Source: Raillietiella orientalis
Taxonomy: Eukaryota
DNA length: 64,000 bases
Direction: 5' to 3'
Assembly (NCBI GenBank): GCA_036172245.1
Contig: JAYWIR010000053.1
Location: 248,001-312,000, forward strand
Shown: positions 12,339 to 25,734 of the stretch, piece by piece
Position numbering within the stretch: the stretch's first letter is position 1
Layout of the letters: each line of letters begins with the position of its first letter
Program-made: the position numbers and the translations under genes
Notes under the pieces: generated by a model
Seen by the model: only the letters and a program-made list of their open reading frames with translations
Database searches by the model: none
What the model was told of the DNA's origin: nothing

Positions 12339-14651
12339 GGACGTATTTTTTCTTCGCTCCCGAGTGAGTCGACAGAAAGCGGTTTTTTTCTTTGTGTGTG
12401 TTCGTGTGGAACATCGTTGGTGTCCGATGGCAGCGATGCCTGAGGACACTATGATAGAGGTAGGTGTGGGGAAGGCTTGCCCACCCCCACAGCCTACAGA
12501 CTCAGGGGCGTCCGCCCCGGAATCGCCCTCGCGGCTCAAGGCGAGGAGCTGGAGCGCCATGGTGGCCGCGCCGAGCGCGGAAACCATGTCCGAGATGGCG
12601 GCCTACCGGGCAGCTGGGTACAAGCCCAGCTTGGTTTACCAGGTAGGCAATCTCTTTGACGGGCGAACTGCCCGCGCTTTTTCGAAAGCGCTGCAGAACG
12701 CCAACGTGTTGGAAAAGGACCTTGACGGTCTATCCGTGCACAACGGGGGTCAGCGCGTCGAGGTTGTCTGCAAGGACATCACTTCGGCGCAAAGCTTGAT
12801 TACCACACCGCTAAACGTGGACGGACGCAAGATCCTACCAGTCACGATGGACCGCTCCGTAGTGGTCCATCTGACAGAAATCACCAGCCGCATGACGCGT
12901 TCTGCGGTTGGTGATCAGTTAAGAATGTATGGAGATGTTCACGTTCTATGGCCAAAGGCCACAATCTTCAGTGGCTACGAGAGCCTTTTCGGAGGGCAGG
13001 CCGCCGCGCGCGTGACGGTGAAGGAGAGTGGGCTTCCCCACAAACTAGAGGTCAATGGCGAAGTCGTAGACCTCTGGTACGTGAAGAAACCCCGCTTTTG
13101 TGGCTGCTCCAATGCAGAAGGAGACTTGCGCAAGCGGTGCCCGAACATTGTGTGCCACTTATGTGGAGAGAAGGGCCACGTACGCCGCGTATGCCCTAAA
13201 CGCCCCACTCCGGTGCCGCCTGCTGCAAAGAAAGCACAGGCAAAACGCGGAAAATTGGTCAAAAGACCAAAAAGAGATACTGGCCGGCAGCAGCACCTAG
13301 CCTCTGTTCCTCCCACACAGGCGTCGGAAGAAAAACCCTCCGAAGACGCGGGAGTCCAAGACGGCTGGCAGCTGGTCAATGCCAGGAAGGAGAAAAAGGT
13401 GCCCCCCGCGAAACCCGCGAAAGCGGTAAAAAAGACAGCCGCCAAGGCGAAAAAACCTGGGGCGCGCTCTAAGACCATGCGGGAGTGTACGGTGGCACTG
13501 GAGCGCATAGTCGTTCCCGAGATTGCCACCCGGGGCGACGAGCCTTCCCTTGCCGTTTCCGCCGCGCCCGAGGATCGCGACGGCGAACCCTCTGTTTACA
13601 CAGTGGGTGAGCCGCGCGAAATAGCGACGGTCGAAGTCGAGGACGCCGCGTTCGCTCAGGCGGCGGAGGAGCTCGCGTCCACGCTGGCGGAGCGTGGAAA
13701 CCCCTCGCGCAAGGCCGTGCGAAGGCCGGCTCCGGCGAAGAAGGCCCCCACTGGAGAGTTAGGCCTGGGGGCCGGAAGTACATCCTCCTCTCGGAGACAC
13801 CCCCTAGGAAGTCGGGACGCAAGTCAAAGAAACCCAGGAGGCGCCTCCCCTCCACCACCGAGGAGGAGAAGCGGGAAGTTAGCGGTAGCGTGGGAATCCC
13901 GGAGGGGGAACTCCCACGCTCGGAAGCCGTCGAGCCGGCCACCCCCATGGAGGAGTGTGAGCAGGGAAGCGAATTCCTTCCCCTAGTCGCTGAGCCTGAA
14001 CAGAACGCCCCCATGGAGGAGGGCCAACAGGTAGGCGCGACCCCAACTGAGGGTGACCCGCTCGACGCGCTGATAGCCTTGGAGGAGGGGGACCAGGTGC
14101 ACGCAGCGCCTGACCCTCCTCCTTCACCTAGCGTCCCGCCCCAACAGGTGGCGGACGCCGCATCGCCATCTTCCCAGGAATAACACCTGGGCTCGCCAGT
14201 CGCCGTAGGATTCGCGCTCCCTGTTGGAACGTCAACGGGCTGCGCGACGACGGTAACCGGCGAGATAGGGCCGACACTCTGCGTCACTTCGAATTGGCGT
14301 TGCTGCAGGAGATTTACGTGATCACCGCGGCAGACGCTCAGGAGATTCAGGCAATCGCGGGGGGTCGACTGTATTGGCGATGCGCCTGCCGCAACACCTC
14401 TGGGATCGCGTTCTTCGTGAAGACATCCATCGACGCAGCCGTATAGGTCGTACGGTTTGATGACGACGGTCGCATTGGTCAGCTGATTCTCAGCTGGTCC
14501 GACTCGATGGACCTAATCGTCACAAACGTGTTTGGACCAAGCGGCAAACAGGGGTACCGCTACCGCACCAGGCTGCTGGAAACCCTGAAGCGCGACTGGC
14601 TGGCGGATACCAATGTGCGAAAGGCTCACCTGATAGCGGGAGATTTCAATC
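12339..14651 (+). mobile_element. Family C1 LINE 5' part: 5' UTR, ORF1 (12427-14183, one frameshift near 13790), TAACA junction, endonuclease up to GDFN
   Basis: MAAMPEDT..., CPNIVCHLCGEKGHVRRVC; closely similar to the 46620-48470 copy. Confidence 0.9.
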
Positions 14652-14810
14652 GAGTGCGGACGTGTTTTTCTTCGCTCTCGTCTCCGGGCTTTCACTCGCT
14701 TCATCCTGGTGTCGAGCATTCTGACGACGATGTCGACCAACCCCGGAGCTGCTGAAGTTGGAGGAACAGCATCCGGATCTGCAATCGAAAAACCGACGGC
14801 CGCATCAGGA
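14652..14810 (+). mobile_element. Family E 5' end fragment inserted at the GDFN codons
   Basis: GAGTGCGGACGTGTTTTTCTTCGCTCTCG and MSTNPGAAEVGGTASGSAI match the 5' end of E at 57354 (minus strand). Confidence 0.85.
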
Positions 14811-14814
14811 CGGC

Positions 14815-17012
14815 CGAAGGAGCATAATAAGCAATCGGAATTCAGCTGCGTCCGTCGGTGGGGGACCGGATGGTCGGGAGGGGAGAGGAGCCCTCGCGGT
14901 CGCAATCGATTTGCATAAAGCATTCGATTTCGTCGACCAGAATCTCCTTTTAAAGCTTCCGGAACGCCTGGGCTTGCCGGCCTTTTTGCTGGCCTACCTG
15001 CGTTCCAGCTGGCGCGACGCGCTTATTAATGTTTTTCTTAGAGGATCCACCGAGTACAGCGTGCCGGTACGACGCGGCATACGGCAGGGAAACAGCCTCA
15101 ACCCCTTGCTCTTCAGCGCCTATTTGGAATTGGTGCTGAGAGCATACAGGGAGACTCTGGCACAACTGCCGTGCTATTGTCCCGGTACGCCTGCGGTTTC
15201 GGCATACGCGGACGATCTTCTGCTACTGCTCCCTATGTCCACCAAGGGTTCGGCGGTCGAGGAGTTCTTCGACCTGCTGCATCGGGGGACCGGACTTATG
15301 GTGAACAGGGCGAAGTCGTCCGTGATGCCAGTCGCAGAGGCGTAGGCAGGGCAGCTGGACTGGGTCCGTTTGATGATCCCAACGGTGAGGCACTCCAAGT
15401 ACCTTGCTCTGCTGCTAGGGGACTACTCCCCTGCGGAAGCGTGATCCGGCTGCCTTCAGAAGGCTCAGGCGGCTAGCGGCCCGTTCCAGGACGGCAGGTT
15501 CTACCTGCAGGAACGGGCCGCGGCGTGGAACGCGTTTGCGGCACCCCTCCTTCGCCCCTTGCTTTTTGTTTGCCCCCCCTCAGCGGAGTCAAAGAAGAGG
15601 ACGAAGGACCTCCTGAGAATCGCCCTTTGGGGTAGAGGGAGGCCCTGAGTCCGTCTTTCGGATTTGTGCGCTCCTCTCGGGATGGTGGTCTGGGCCTCCT
15701 GACGTTGGAGCGGCTGGAGCTACAGCTCCAGTTCCGAGTTGTCGCCCTTATGGGAGAAAATTGGTGCACCCCTTGGTGCCTCCCTGCACGTCTCCTCGTC
15801 GAGCAAGCCACCGGCAATGCGGGACTCTCGTGCTACTTTGCACTCCGAAGCCCCATCTGCCACTGCGGACTTCAGCTTCGAAGGGCGGCCAAGCTCGTAA
15901 AGACCAACTCGGAGCGGACCCTCGTACGCCCCGCGAACGGTCCTGCCTGGTTGCAGGAAACCGTCCGCACGTGGGCGATGACTCAGGAGCAGAGCCCGCA
16001 ACACGAGCGAATAGCTCTGTTCGGGCCTCACGCCCACCGCACGCTCCGAGAAATCTTCAAGGATCCCCGAAGGAGAGCGTGGGCTCATTGAACCTCACTT
16101 GCTGCGGTACTGCCTACCCTACGGGAACATCTGGGCAGCGACGTCGCGGCACAATGGGAGGTTACTGTCAAGATCGCCAGCAGGGCAAAGAAGATCGGGG
16201 ATTGAACAACGGGTCAGCTCACCGACGCTGCGACCCCGAGGACCACCCCAAATCGACTTTTGCGCTGGGGAGAGCTACTGGATGTTCCAGAGGAACATCT
16301 GGAGTGGCCCCCGGTGCTCATGGAGTCGCGCACCCTCCCCATGAAGTGGAAACAGTCGGCACTGCTGGTGTTGCATTGGGGCCTCCCCTGCAACGCCCGC
16401 CGACACCACTAGACGGGGGGGTGTCAACCCCAATTGTGTCAGGTGCGGGGAGAGGGAATACCTCCCCCACCTGCTAGTGGAATGTCTTGCCCTCCGTCCC
16501 TTGTGGGAACGCTTTGCCGCAGCCCTTTGGATCCTTGGAGGCAACCCCAGATACGCTTTGCGCCCCCTCTTCGTCCGTGACGCCCTGCCTCCAGCGGCCT
16601 CGCTTGCAGCCCTGTGCTGTCTACGCGGGATCGTCGTGGCATGGAGCAAAGCGACGGGAGGATCCAGCGACAGGAATGCCAACGTGTATGCCGCCCGTTT
16701 CCTCTGGATGGCGACGCAATGGCCCCATCTGGAACCACACACGCAGAAGCAGCTTTCCGGCATCCTCCAGAGGATGACGGACCCTCCCAGCAGACTGCGA
16801 TACCTTCCCGCTCCCTCCCTGATTTTTGTTTATTTTTTTGTTATCTTTTTGTTTCGTTCCCCCTCCCCTCTGCTGCCGAGGTCGACCGCGATGCTCTGCG
16901 CATTGGTAGCCCGGCAAGCATATCTTTCCAGGGCGTGGCTGGACTACTGGGCCAGTCACAGATTATATAGGTTTATTCGTGAGAATAAACGTCCCGGCGC
17001 ACCCGGGTTTCA
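14815..17012 (+). mobile_element. Family H LINE 3' part (decayed RT, zinc finger, 3' UTR, hairpin)
   Basis: DLHKAFD, GIRQGNSLNPLLF, YADD (14758-15345); AATAAACGTCCCGGCGCACCCGGGT at 16984-17008. Confidence 0.85.
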
Positions 17013-19662
17013 AGCAAGATTGCGGAGGGTGACGCCTCTCAGGAATTCGCGAAGGTGTTCCTTCGCACCTGAGAGTCTCGTCCAGTCCCCAGGCAGACGC
17101 CACTTTCTGGATGGGGGCCCCTTGTCGTGCGGGCACACCTAGAATATCAACCGGAAATGGTCAGATAGCTCCGACGCAACTTTCCTCCGTTTGCCGACCC
17201 GTGAACACAGGTCGACATCCAGAAAGACGTGGTCGATGCTGCTGACCATTTCCTAAAGATCACAAGACCGGCTTCGTCGAAGCGCACGCCCCTCACGGCT
17301 GCGTCGACTGCCGGCTCCATAAAAAACGCGACGCCGCAGTTGTATCGGGTGTCGCATTGCCACATCAACCGTCCCCCTGCGATCCTTTCGATCTCCTGGG
17401 CATTCTCCGCGGTGATCACGTGGATCTCCTGCAGGAGCGCCAGGTCGAAGTCACGCAGGGTGGCGGTTGTTTCGCGTCTCTTACCGTCGTCGCGCAGCCC
17501 GTTCACGTTCCAGCAGGCCACGCGTAATCGACGGCGACAGGCGAGCCCAGGTGTTACTCCTGGGAAAGTGGCAATGGGGCTCCCGCCACCTGGTCGGGCG
17601 GGACGGATGCATGAACGGGATCACCGCGCACCGGTTCTCCCTCCTCCATGGGGGCCGATTCCTTGGCGGACCGCAACGGTTGAATGGGGCGGGTTTCACG
17701 CACCTGCTCCCCCTCTTCCATGGGGGCCGATTCGTCGGCTGCGTTAAACGGCAGGGGGGAGCGGTTGTCAGCTGTCTGCTCCCCCTCCTCCATGGCTATC
17801 TCCTGGACAGGTTCCACCGATGGGAGAGGGCGGCAATCACTCACCTTATCCCCCTCCTCCATGGGGGTCTCCAGTTGCTCGGTAACGGAGGGTGGGAAAA
17901 TCCCTCCCTCCGTTCCCACGCTGCCGGCTTCCCCCTCGGATGCCGGTGCGTCCCCCTCTTTCTTTGTCGGGATGCGCCTCTTATGATTGTTGGACTTCCG
18001 TCCAGTCTTCTTCGGAGGCGCCTAAGCGGAGGAGGACGCACTTTCGGCATCCGGTTCGTGGTCACCTGTCCGAGGTGCCTTGCTCGCGGCCGGCCTTCGC
18101 AAGGCCTTTCGCGCGCCGTTCTCACGCTCCGCGAGTTCGGCTACGAGCTCCTCCGCCGCCTGCTGGAAGGCGGCTTCCTCGATTGCGGCGAGCGCGTCGC
18201 ACGGCTCCCCCTCTGTTTGCACAGAGGGTTCGCCTTCCTCGATCGCGGCTTCGGCGTCAACCAGGCGGGAGATATCTCCCCCGGTGGAGGTCTCGGGGAT
18301 CTCCTCTCGCTCCAAAGCGACTGAACATTCGCGGAGCAAAGCGCGGCGTTGCCTTCTATTTAGAGAAGTTGTCACGGGTTCCGCTGTCGGTTCTTCGGTT
18401 TTTCGAATTTTTTTACTTTTCGGCTTCGCTGTCCGCCATTCCTCGTTGTCACCAGTGTCGTCGGGAGTTTTCTCGACCGCCGTTTGCTGGGAGCTTTCGG
18501 ACTCTGGCTTTTTGCTTGGCCTTTCCTTCGCTTCAGTAGTCTTGCTTGTTTTCTCCGAGCGTTTCCCCTTAACTTTTTTCAAAGCAGAGGGAGCTGTAGG
18601 TTCCCGCTTTGGGCACACTTTTCGGAGGTGGCCCTTCTCCCCGCAGTGAAAACACTGGATGTGAGGGCACCGTTTTTTTAGGTGCCCTTTTGCATCACAG
18701 TGCCCACAGTACTTGGGCTTGCCCACGTTCCAGACGTCGACGACCTCGTTGACGACGTCGAGTTTGTGGGGCAGCCCGCCGTTTCCGTGGACCGTCCCAC
18801 GCGCTGCAGCCATGCCACTGAACAGTATTCCGTATGTTTGGAATACGTTGGGCTTGGTGCAGAGCGCGTGCACCGTACCATGTTTTTGCAACTCTTCTTG
18901 CACGCCAACTTTGGTCATGAGAAGACTTACACTTGTAAGGTGGGCAACAATGGTGCGGTCCTCCGTTACGGGGAAGACCTTTCGGCCTTCCAGAGTGATG
19001 GGAGTGTTCAGCAGGCGTTGAGCCAGACTTGCATTTTTGCAAGTCAGCTCCACCCGCTGGCCACCAGTCATCACGGAGAGACCTTCCAGGTCTTCCTCTT
19101 TGACATTCAACCGCTGTAACTCTCTTTCAAAGTTACGAGCGGTGTTTCCCACAAACAGGTTTCCTACCTTGTAAATCAAGGACGGCTTGTATCCTTGTTC
19201 CAGGTAGGCCTGTTGTTCTGCTAAGGCAGCAGGAGATGGCGCTGCAGCCACGGAGCTCCAGGTCTTCGTGAATGGAGCAGGTGGAACCAAGGACGCGATT
19301 GCCAACTTTTTCAAGGGAGTGGTTGTGGCCTTTTCCAAGGAGGCGGTTGTCCCCTTTTTCAAGGGAGCGGTTGCGGCCTTTTGCACGAGGACGGTTGCTC
19401 CCTTTTGCAAGGTGGCGGCAGCCCTTGTTCCAGGAGAGGCGCTTGCCCCCTTTTTTAAGGGGGCGGTTGCTCTCTCCTCCGTGGTGGCGGTTGCCCCAAC
19501 CTCAATAGGTTGAGGAGAGGAGCAATCCTCTCTTCCGCCGACTTCCATCGCGGTGTCCTCAGGCATTTCTGCCATTGGACACCGCAGATGTTCCACACAC
19601 AAACACTAACGAAAATGAACGCTTTACAAGAGGCACAGAGGAGCGCCAAAAAAACACGTCTG
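17013..19662 (-). mobile_element. Family D LINE 5' part: 5' UTR, ORF1 (19575-17554, frameshift near 18025), TAACA junction, internally deleted endonuclease
   Basis: MAEMPEDTAMEVG; CGHCDAKGHLKKRCPHIQCFHCGEKGHLRKVC; CWNVNG, QEIH. Confidence 0.88.
19300..19470 (-). repeat. Degenerate 24-bp coding minisatellite in D ORF1 (TAPLKKGA-like, about 6 units)
   Basis: ATAPLKKG / AATLQKGA / TVLVQKAA / TAPLKKGT / TASLEKAT / TTPLKKLA. Confidence 0.75.
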
Positions 19663-22005
19663 CACGCCAAGTTGCTAGCAAAGGTTTGGGCAGAGCGTCT
19701 GGGACGGGTTGTTAACATCTTCATCAGCCCGGAACAGACATATGCTGTTACCGGGCGAAGCATGGAGGCGAACCTGTTCCACGCTTCCACCTGGCAAGAG
19801 CTCCAACATGAAAGGAGCTTGGTGCGCAGCCGGAATTCCGGAGCGTGCGCCGGCAAAGGGTTGGATGGTCGGGTGGGAGAGGGAGCCCTTGCGGTCGCAA
19901 TCGACTTGCGGAAAGCATTCGATTGCGTCGACCAGAATCTCCTTCTGGAGCTTCTGCAACGCTTGGGCTTCCCGGCGTCATTAGTGGCCTATCTGCGCTC
20001 CTGCTGGCGCGACGCGCTCATCAACGTTAATTTCAACGGGCAGACCGTGCACGGCGTGCCGGTGCGGCGTGCGAACCGGCAGGGAGACAGCCTGAACCCC
20101 TTGCTCTTCAGTACCTACTTTGAGTTGGTACTGAGAGCGTACAGGGGAACTCTGGCGCACGTGCCGCACGACTGTGCCGTTACGCCGGCCGTTTCAGCAT
20201 ACGCGGACGACATTCTGCCGCTGCTCCCTATGTCCCCCCGCCTGCCGCGGTCAAGGAGTTCTTCCACCTGATGCATCGGGAAACCGGACTTAAGATGAAC
20301 AGGGCGAAGTCGTCCGTGATGCCAGTTAGTGGGGCGTGGGCAAAGCAGCAGGACTGGGTCCGTTTGGGGATCCTTACGGTGTTGTAATTTAAGTAGCTTG
20401 GTGTGCCGTTGGGGGACTACTCCCCTGCTGAAGCGTGGTCCGGCTGCCTCCAAAGAGTAGAGACGGCGATCGGCCCGTTCCGAGGCGGCACGTTTTGCTG
20501 CCTGAACGGGCCGCGGTTTGACACGTTCGCGGCTCCTCTCCTCCGCTCCCTGCTTTTTGCTTGTCCTCCCACAGAGAGAATTAAAAAGCAGACAAAAGAC
20601 CTCCTCCGTATCGTTTTTTGGGGCAACGGGAGGGCCCGAGTCCGCTTAGAGGACTTGTGCGCTCCGCGTCGGGACGGTGGTCTGGGCCTACTGACGCTTG
20701 ATCGGCTGGAGCTTCAGCACCAGTTCCGATCGTCGGCACTCGTTCCAGAGTTGTGGTGCACCTGTTGGTGCGTCCCTGCACGTCTCCTTCTATAGCAATC
20801 CACCGGCAAGACGGGACTGACGTCGTTTCTTGCACTCCGTCGCCGCGTCAACCGATGCTGACTCCAACTACGGAGGGTGGCTGCGCTGTATCGGAAAAAC
20901 CCAGGATTGCTCACCTGTCGCCCGTTGAAGGGTAGTGCTTGGTTGCAGGAAACCGTTCCAACGTGGGGACAGTTCGGCATGCAACGCTCCCAACAGTAAC
21001 GAAGGTACCTGTTTGGGGGTTACAGAAGTTGCACGCTCCGCGAGATCCTGGAGGATCAAAAGAAGAGAGCGTGGGCAGGAAGAACCTCCCTCGCTGCTTT
21101 CCCTGCTGGAAGATCTGGACAGCGATGTTGCGGCGAAGTGGGAGGATTCAGTTACAATCTCCGGAAAGGAAAGGAAAATAGGAGAGTGGAAGACGGTTCA
21201 GTTAGCAGACGCTGCGTCTTCTAGTACGCCTCCCAATGGACTTCTGCGCTGCGGCGCGCTGCTCGATGTTCCCATTGAACATCTGAAGTGGCCCCCGGTG
21301 CTCATGAACACTTCCGCCCTCTCCTTAAAATGGCAGGAGTCGGCTCTTCTGTTGCAGCACTGAGGACTCCCCTGCAACGCCCACCGACACCACTGGACCT
21401 GGAGAGCGGTGGACCCCAATTGCGTCAGGTGTGGGGAACAGGAGTCCCTCCCCCACCTGATAGTGGATTGTGTTGCCCTTCGACCCATTGGGTTTTGCTT
21501 TGCCGCAGCCATCGGAATCCCCTGCGGCAACCTCAGGGACGCACTGAAAGCCCTCTTCGTTGCCGAAGCCCTTCCTCCAGCGGCCACGTTAGCAGCTTTG
21601 TGCTGCCTACGCAGGATCTTCACCGCTTGGAGGAAGGCTACGGGAGGACAACGCGACCAAGGTGCCATCCAGCCAGCCTCCCAGTTCCTGAGGAGGGCGT
21701 CCCGATGGCCCCACCTGGATCCAGAAATACAGAAGGAGATTGCCGGCATCCTGCAAAGGATGCAACGAGCCCACCAGCAACTGTGATCCCTTCCCTTACC
21801 CTCTCAACTTTTCTTTTTCTTTTTTGTTTTGTTTTTTGTTTTTCCCCCTTAACCCTGCTGCCGTGGTGGACCGTACTGGTCTGCGAACCGGTGACCCGGC
21901 AGACTCTGTCTTTCTTGGTGCGTGGCTGGAGCAATGGTCCAGCCACCGCACGTCTTTGTAAAAGTTAATTTTACAATAACCGCCGCGGCGAAATCCGGGT
22001 GAAAA
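19663..22005 (+). mobile_element. Family H-like LINE 3' part (RT to 3' end), decayed
   Basis: AKLLAKVWAERL, DLRKAFD, YADD, CVRCGEQESLPHLIVDC; degenerate terminal hairpin at 21975-22005. Confidence 0.87.
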
Positions 22006-25000
22006 TCCATCGCTTTGCAGAGATCGACGGCGACCGCCAAAGCACCTATCGTTCCCTTCTTCCGTCGGCGCCTGTTTTTCTTGCCTGCGGCAGTGACTTT
22101 AGCGGCAGCCTGGCTTTGCTGCGCCACAACTTCCTGCAGCTGCATCCATGTACGCGCGAAAAGGATGTTCGCCTCCATGGATCGTCCCGGAACCGCGTAG
22201 GTTTGTTCCGGCATCACCACAGATTCCGCGATACTTCCTAACCGCGCTACCCACAGCTTGGAAAACAACTCGACGTTCGAGTTCACCGAGGTGATCGGAC
22301 GCCAGTTGTTAAGTTGACGCAAGTCTCCGCCTTTCGCCAGGAGACGCACCTTCGCTGGGCGGAAGGAATCCGGGACATTCCCGGATTCACTCATCAGCGT
22401 CGCGAGTTTCAGCGTCAAGGGAATGAGCTCCACTGCGAAGCACTGATAAAACTCTGCAGGGAGCCCATCCTCGCCTGGCGCCTTTCGTCTCTTCAGCCCA
22501 GCGATTGAGGACGAAAATTCATCCGACGTGAAGGGCTCGTCGAGAAGTTCGCGTTCCTCCTCGTCGACAACACGAGCATCCTGAGACAGGAGTATCTCAG
22601 AAAGAATATCCTCCATCGGGGATTCCGCGTCCAGCGAGGAGTAGTAGCGTCTCACAATGCGGCGTACTTCGACTGGGGCCGAACATTCCTGGCCCTTGTC
22701 GTCCAACAGGCATGCTGCTCCGCACTGCCAGACCTGGCGCTCGGCCCTCGCCTTGTACTCTGCGAGACGCCCGACATCGGCGCGTCTCGAAAACGTGCGG
22801 GCCTGCAGAAAGTCTCTACTGTTGGCCACGCCCTCTCCGAAACCGCCTGGAAGCCAATGCAAGCGAAATTGGCAGCAGAACTCGCGGACAGATCTGTTGA
22901 GATCGTCCCAGTCCGCAAGTTCTTGAATGGCAAAGCATCGGAGGTATCCACGTAGATGCTCCGCAGCCTCCGGTTGGCTAAGCCAATCCGCCTGCATCCT
23001 CCAGTTTTGCAACGGAGGCCCCCTGCTTGGCGGAAGGATCTCAAACTCCAACCTGTGGTGGTCAGAAAGCCTAGTGAACAATCTTCCTCTCCTACCCACA
23101 CGCGAATGCAGGTTTTCATCGAGGAAAACGTGATCGAGCGATCTTTCCATTCCAGGTTCGCTGACCATCAAGTTGGCAGCGTGCACGGACGCGCACATAT
23201 CGAGGGGCAGCGCCCGCTCCCTCGGGCGGCTCCAATCGTCGGAGAGCAGGCGGACGTTGAAGTCCCCAGCGACGAGGTGCGCCACTTGGAAACCGGAGTT
23301 GTTGAGCCAGTGTCTCTGCACCTCACCAAAGAAAGCTACTCTTTCTTCGAGGAAGCGAGAGGCACTCGGCGCGTAGACGTTCGTAACGACGAGATCGATG
23401 GACTCGGACCACTTGATGACAAGCTGGCCTATCCGTCCGTCGTCATCCAAACGAACACTACGCACCGCTTCCGCCATTTTTCCTCTTACGAGGAACGCGC
23501 CGCCGCACGTGTGTGCGCCGCCGCACCGCCAATGTAGCGTTCCGCCTGCGCGCTCCTGGATTTCGGCTGCCTGCTCGTCGGAGATTACGTGAATCTCCTG
23601 CAGGAGCGCGAGGTCGGAGGGGCGCAGGGCGTTGGCTACTAATCGCCTCTTCTCGTCGTTCTGTAGTCCGTTCACGTTCCAACACGTTACGGACAGACGA
23701 CGAGAAGACGCGATTCCTCGCATTACTGCTGGGAAGGTGGCGGTTTTTTGCTCGCTTTATCCGGCGAGCAAACGGCGAGCAGCACGACTGGCTGGAGGGG
23801 ACGGTCGCCACCGTCCTCTGTCGTGCTGCATGCATGTAATGCCTCCACGCCAGGCTTAACCCCGTCGGGTTTCGTGGAGACTTCGCGTGGCTTCGCGGCT
23901 AGCGTTGCCTGGCTGCCTACTTTTGGTATGCGCGCACACGCTTTCGAACGAGTTGTCCTCGTCTCGGTGATCGGAACAGCATCCATTTCGGAGTCCGACC
24001 GGCGCATGTTCGATCGGGTTTCGGCCTCCCGCGAAGCAGTGACAGGTTCTGCTGGATTGCCAGCTGTCCTGTTTTCGTTTTCCGTCACCAGAGCATCGCT
24101 TTTGGTGACGGCTGCTTTCCCGGCGCGCGGGTTTTCAGCGTGCTCACGCGCAGTTGCACGAGGGAACTTTGCTGAAGTCTTCTTTACTTCACTACGGTTC
24201 CTCACTTCGCGTGGCGCCGTAAATGGAGATTGTGCTCCATTGCCATCTTTGAAGCCATCCGCGTCTTTAAACGGGAGCACTTTCGATGGGTTCGACACGC
24301 TCGTCATGGACGCTGCCTTCGGAAGGGCTTTTACTCCCTTCTTTGGCATGGCATCCGCGCCAGTCGAGAGCTTGCTCTCTGACTGCGACGGCGTGAGATT
24401 CTTCTCCGCCTTCGCGGTGTTGGATCGCGACGCGGATTTTTTTTTTGCCAACTTTCGAAGTCGACACGGCACAACCCTTCTTACCCGATTTGGGCTTCTC
24501 AGCCACTGCAGTAGGTGAAGGAATGGATCTGACGGTACTGGAAGTGTCCTTACCGCCGTTGTCCATTGACGTCCCCGCCGGTTGCTCGAACTCCGAAAGA
24601 GCCGGGCGTGCTTGGGAAGGACAGCTATTGCGCCTAGGGGGACTTACCATTGCCCCGGATTCCCCGCACCCTTTCTTTTGCGGCTCCCCTGCCGCGAGAG
24701 GGGGCGCGCAGGGCTTCGCGTGCGAGGTTTCCTGCTGCTTTAGGTCGACATTCCGCCTCGCGTGTTTTCGGAATTTCTGCCGTGGGGTCTCCAGGTTTTT
24801 CGCAGATTTTTTCTTTTTATCCGCGCTTGGTTTTTTAAGATGGAGCTCCGCGGCTGCCTTTTTTCGCAAAAGATCCGGTCAATTTTTCAATTGGTGCCCG
24901 GATAGTTTGCAATAACGGCATTTTCCAGAGGGGCTTTTATCCAAACAATGCCCCTCCTTCCCGCATTGCTCGCACGTTCTTACTTTGCCCACGAACCACA

Positions 25001-25626
25001 CGTTAACGACCGTGTCTTTCACCTGTAGTTTGGTGGGCAGCAGACGGCGGTCCGGCATTGTAAGCCGGACTCCAGCGACTCCGCGGTGTATGGACGGGAA
25101 GTCCTTGAGGTTGCTACGCACCCTCCACAGCGCATGGACCGTGGCGAATTTCGCCAACGCGTTCCGAATATCAATATCTGAGATTCATGACTCGATGTCG
25201 AAAATCTCCGCCACAAATGAGTCATCCATGGCTGCCGGGAAGACCTCCTGGCCACGGATCGACAACGGGGTGCGCAGCAAGCGTTGCACAAGTGCAGCGT
25301 CTTTGCAACGCACCTTGAAATAGCCCATATTATTTACGGGCATAATGGCGAGGAGGTCCTCCTCCCGCACGCCAACAGGGGTCAGTTCATCGTTGAACTG
25401 ATTCCCGTCGCGCGCAGAAAGAAAACCACTCACCTTATATCGGAGAGAAGGTCTATAGACTTGGGCTACGTATGCATGCATCTCCGACTCGTCGAGTGGT
25501 TTCCCTTTGACGGCTGCTGTGGCAGCAACGTCAGCAAAACTCCTCTCCATTATCGAGAAAGACGAAGTGGAGGCGGCCGTCGGTTCCGCGATTGCAGATC
25601 CGGATGCTGTTCCTCCAACTTCAGTA
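22006..25626 (-). mobile_element. Family E copy 2: ORF1 (frameshifted), TAATG junction, ORF2 endonuclease and RT N-part
   Basis: ORF 21849-23723 MRGIASSRRLSVTCWNVNG...DLCKA; near copy of about 53640-57256. Confidence 0.9.
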
Positions 25627-25734
25627 CAAGCGCGGACGACCGTAAAGTGAGAGGACGAGTTTTTCGGTGCTTCCGAAAACCGTCTTTTTTGCGAGTGACG
25701 GTGTTTTTCTAGGTGCGGTCGTTCCTGGGCAGAA

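Noticed and set aside
11145..12587. Long ORFs that look like novel fusion proteins (also 19510-20271, 36982-38013, 48214-49782)
   Set aside because: They run across insertion junctions, joining antisense UTR or ORF1 sequence to RT fragments; chance open frames in GC-rich DNA.
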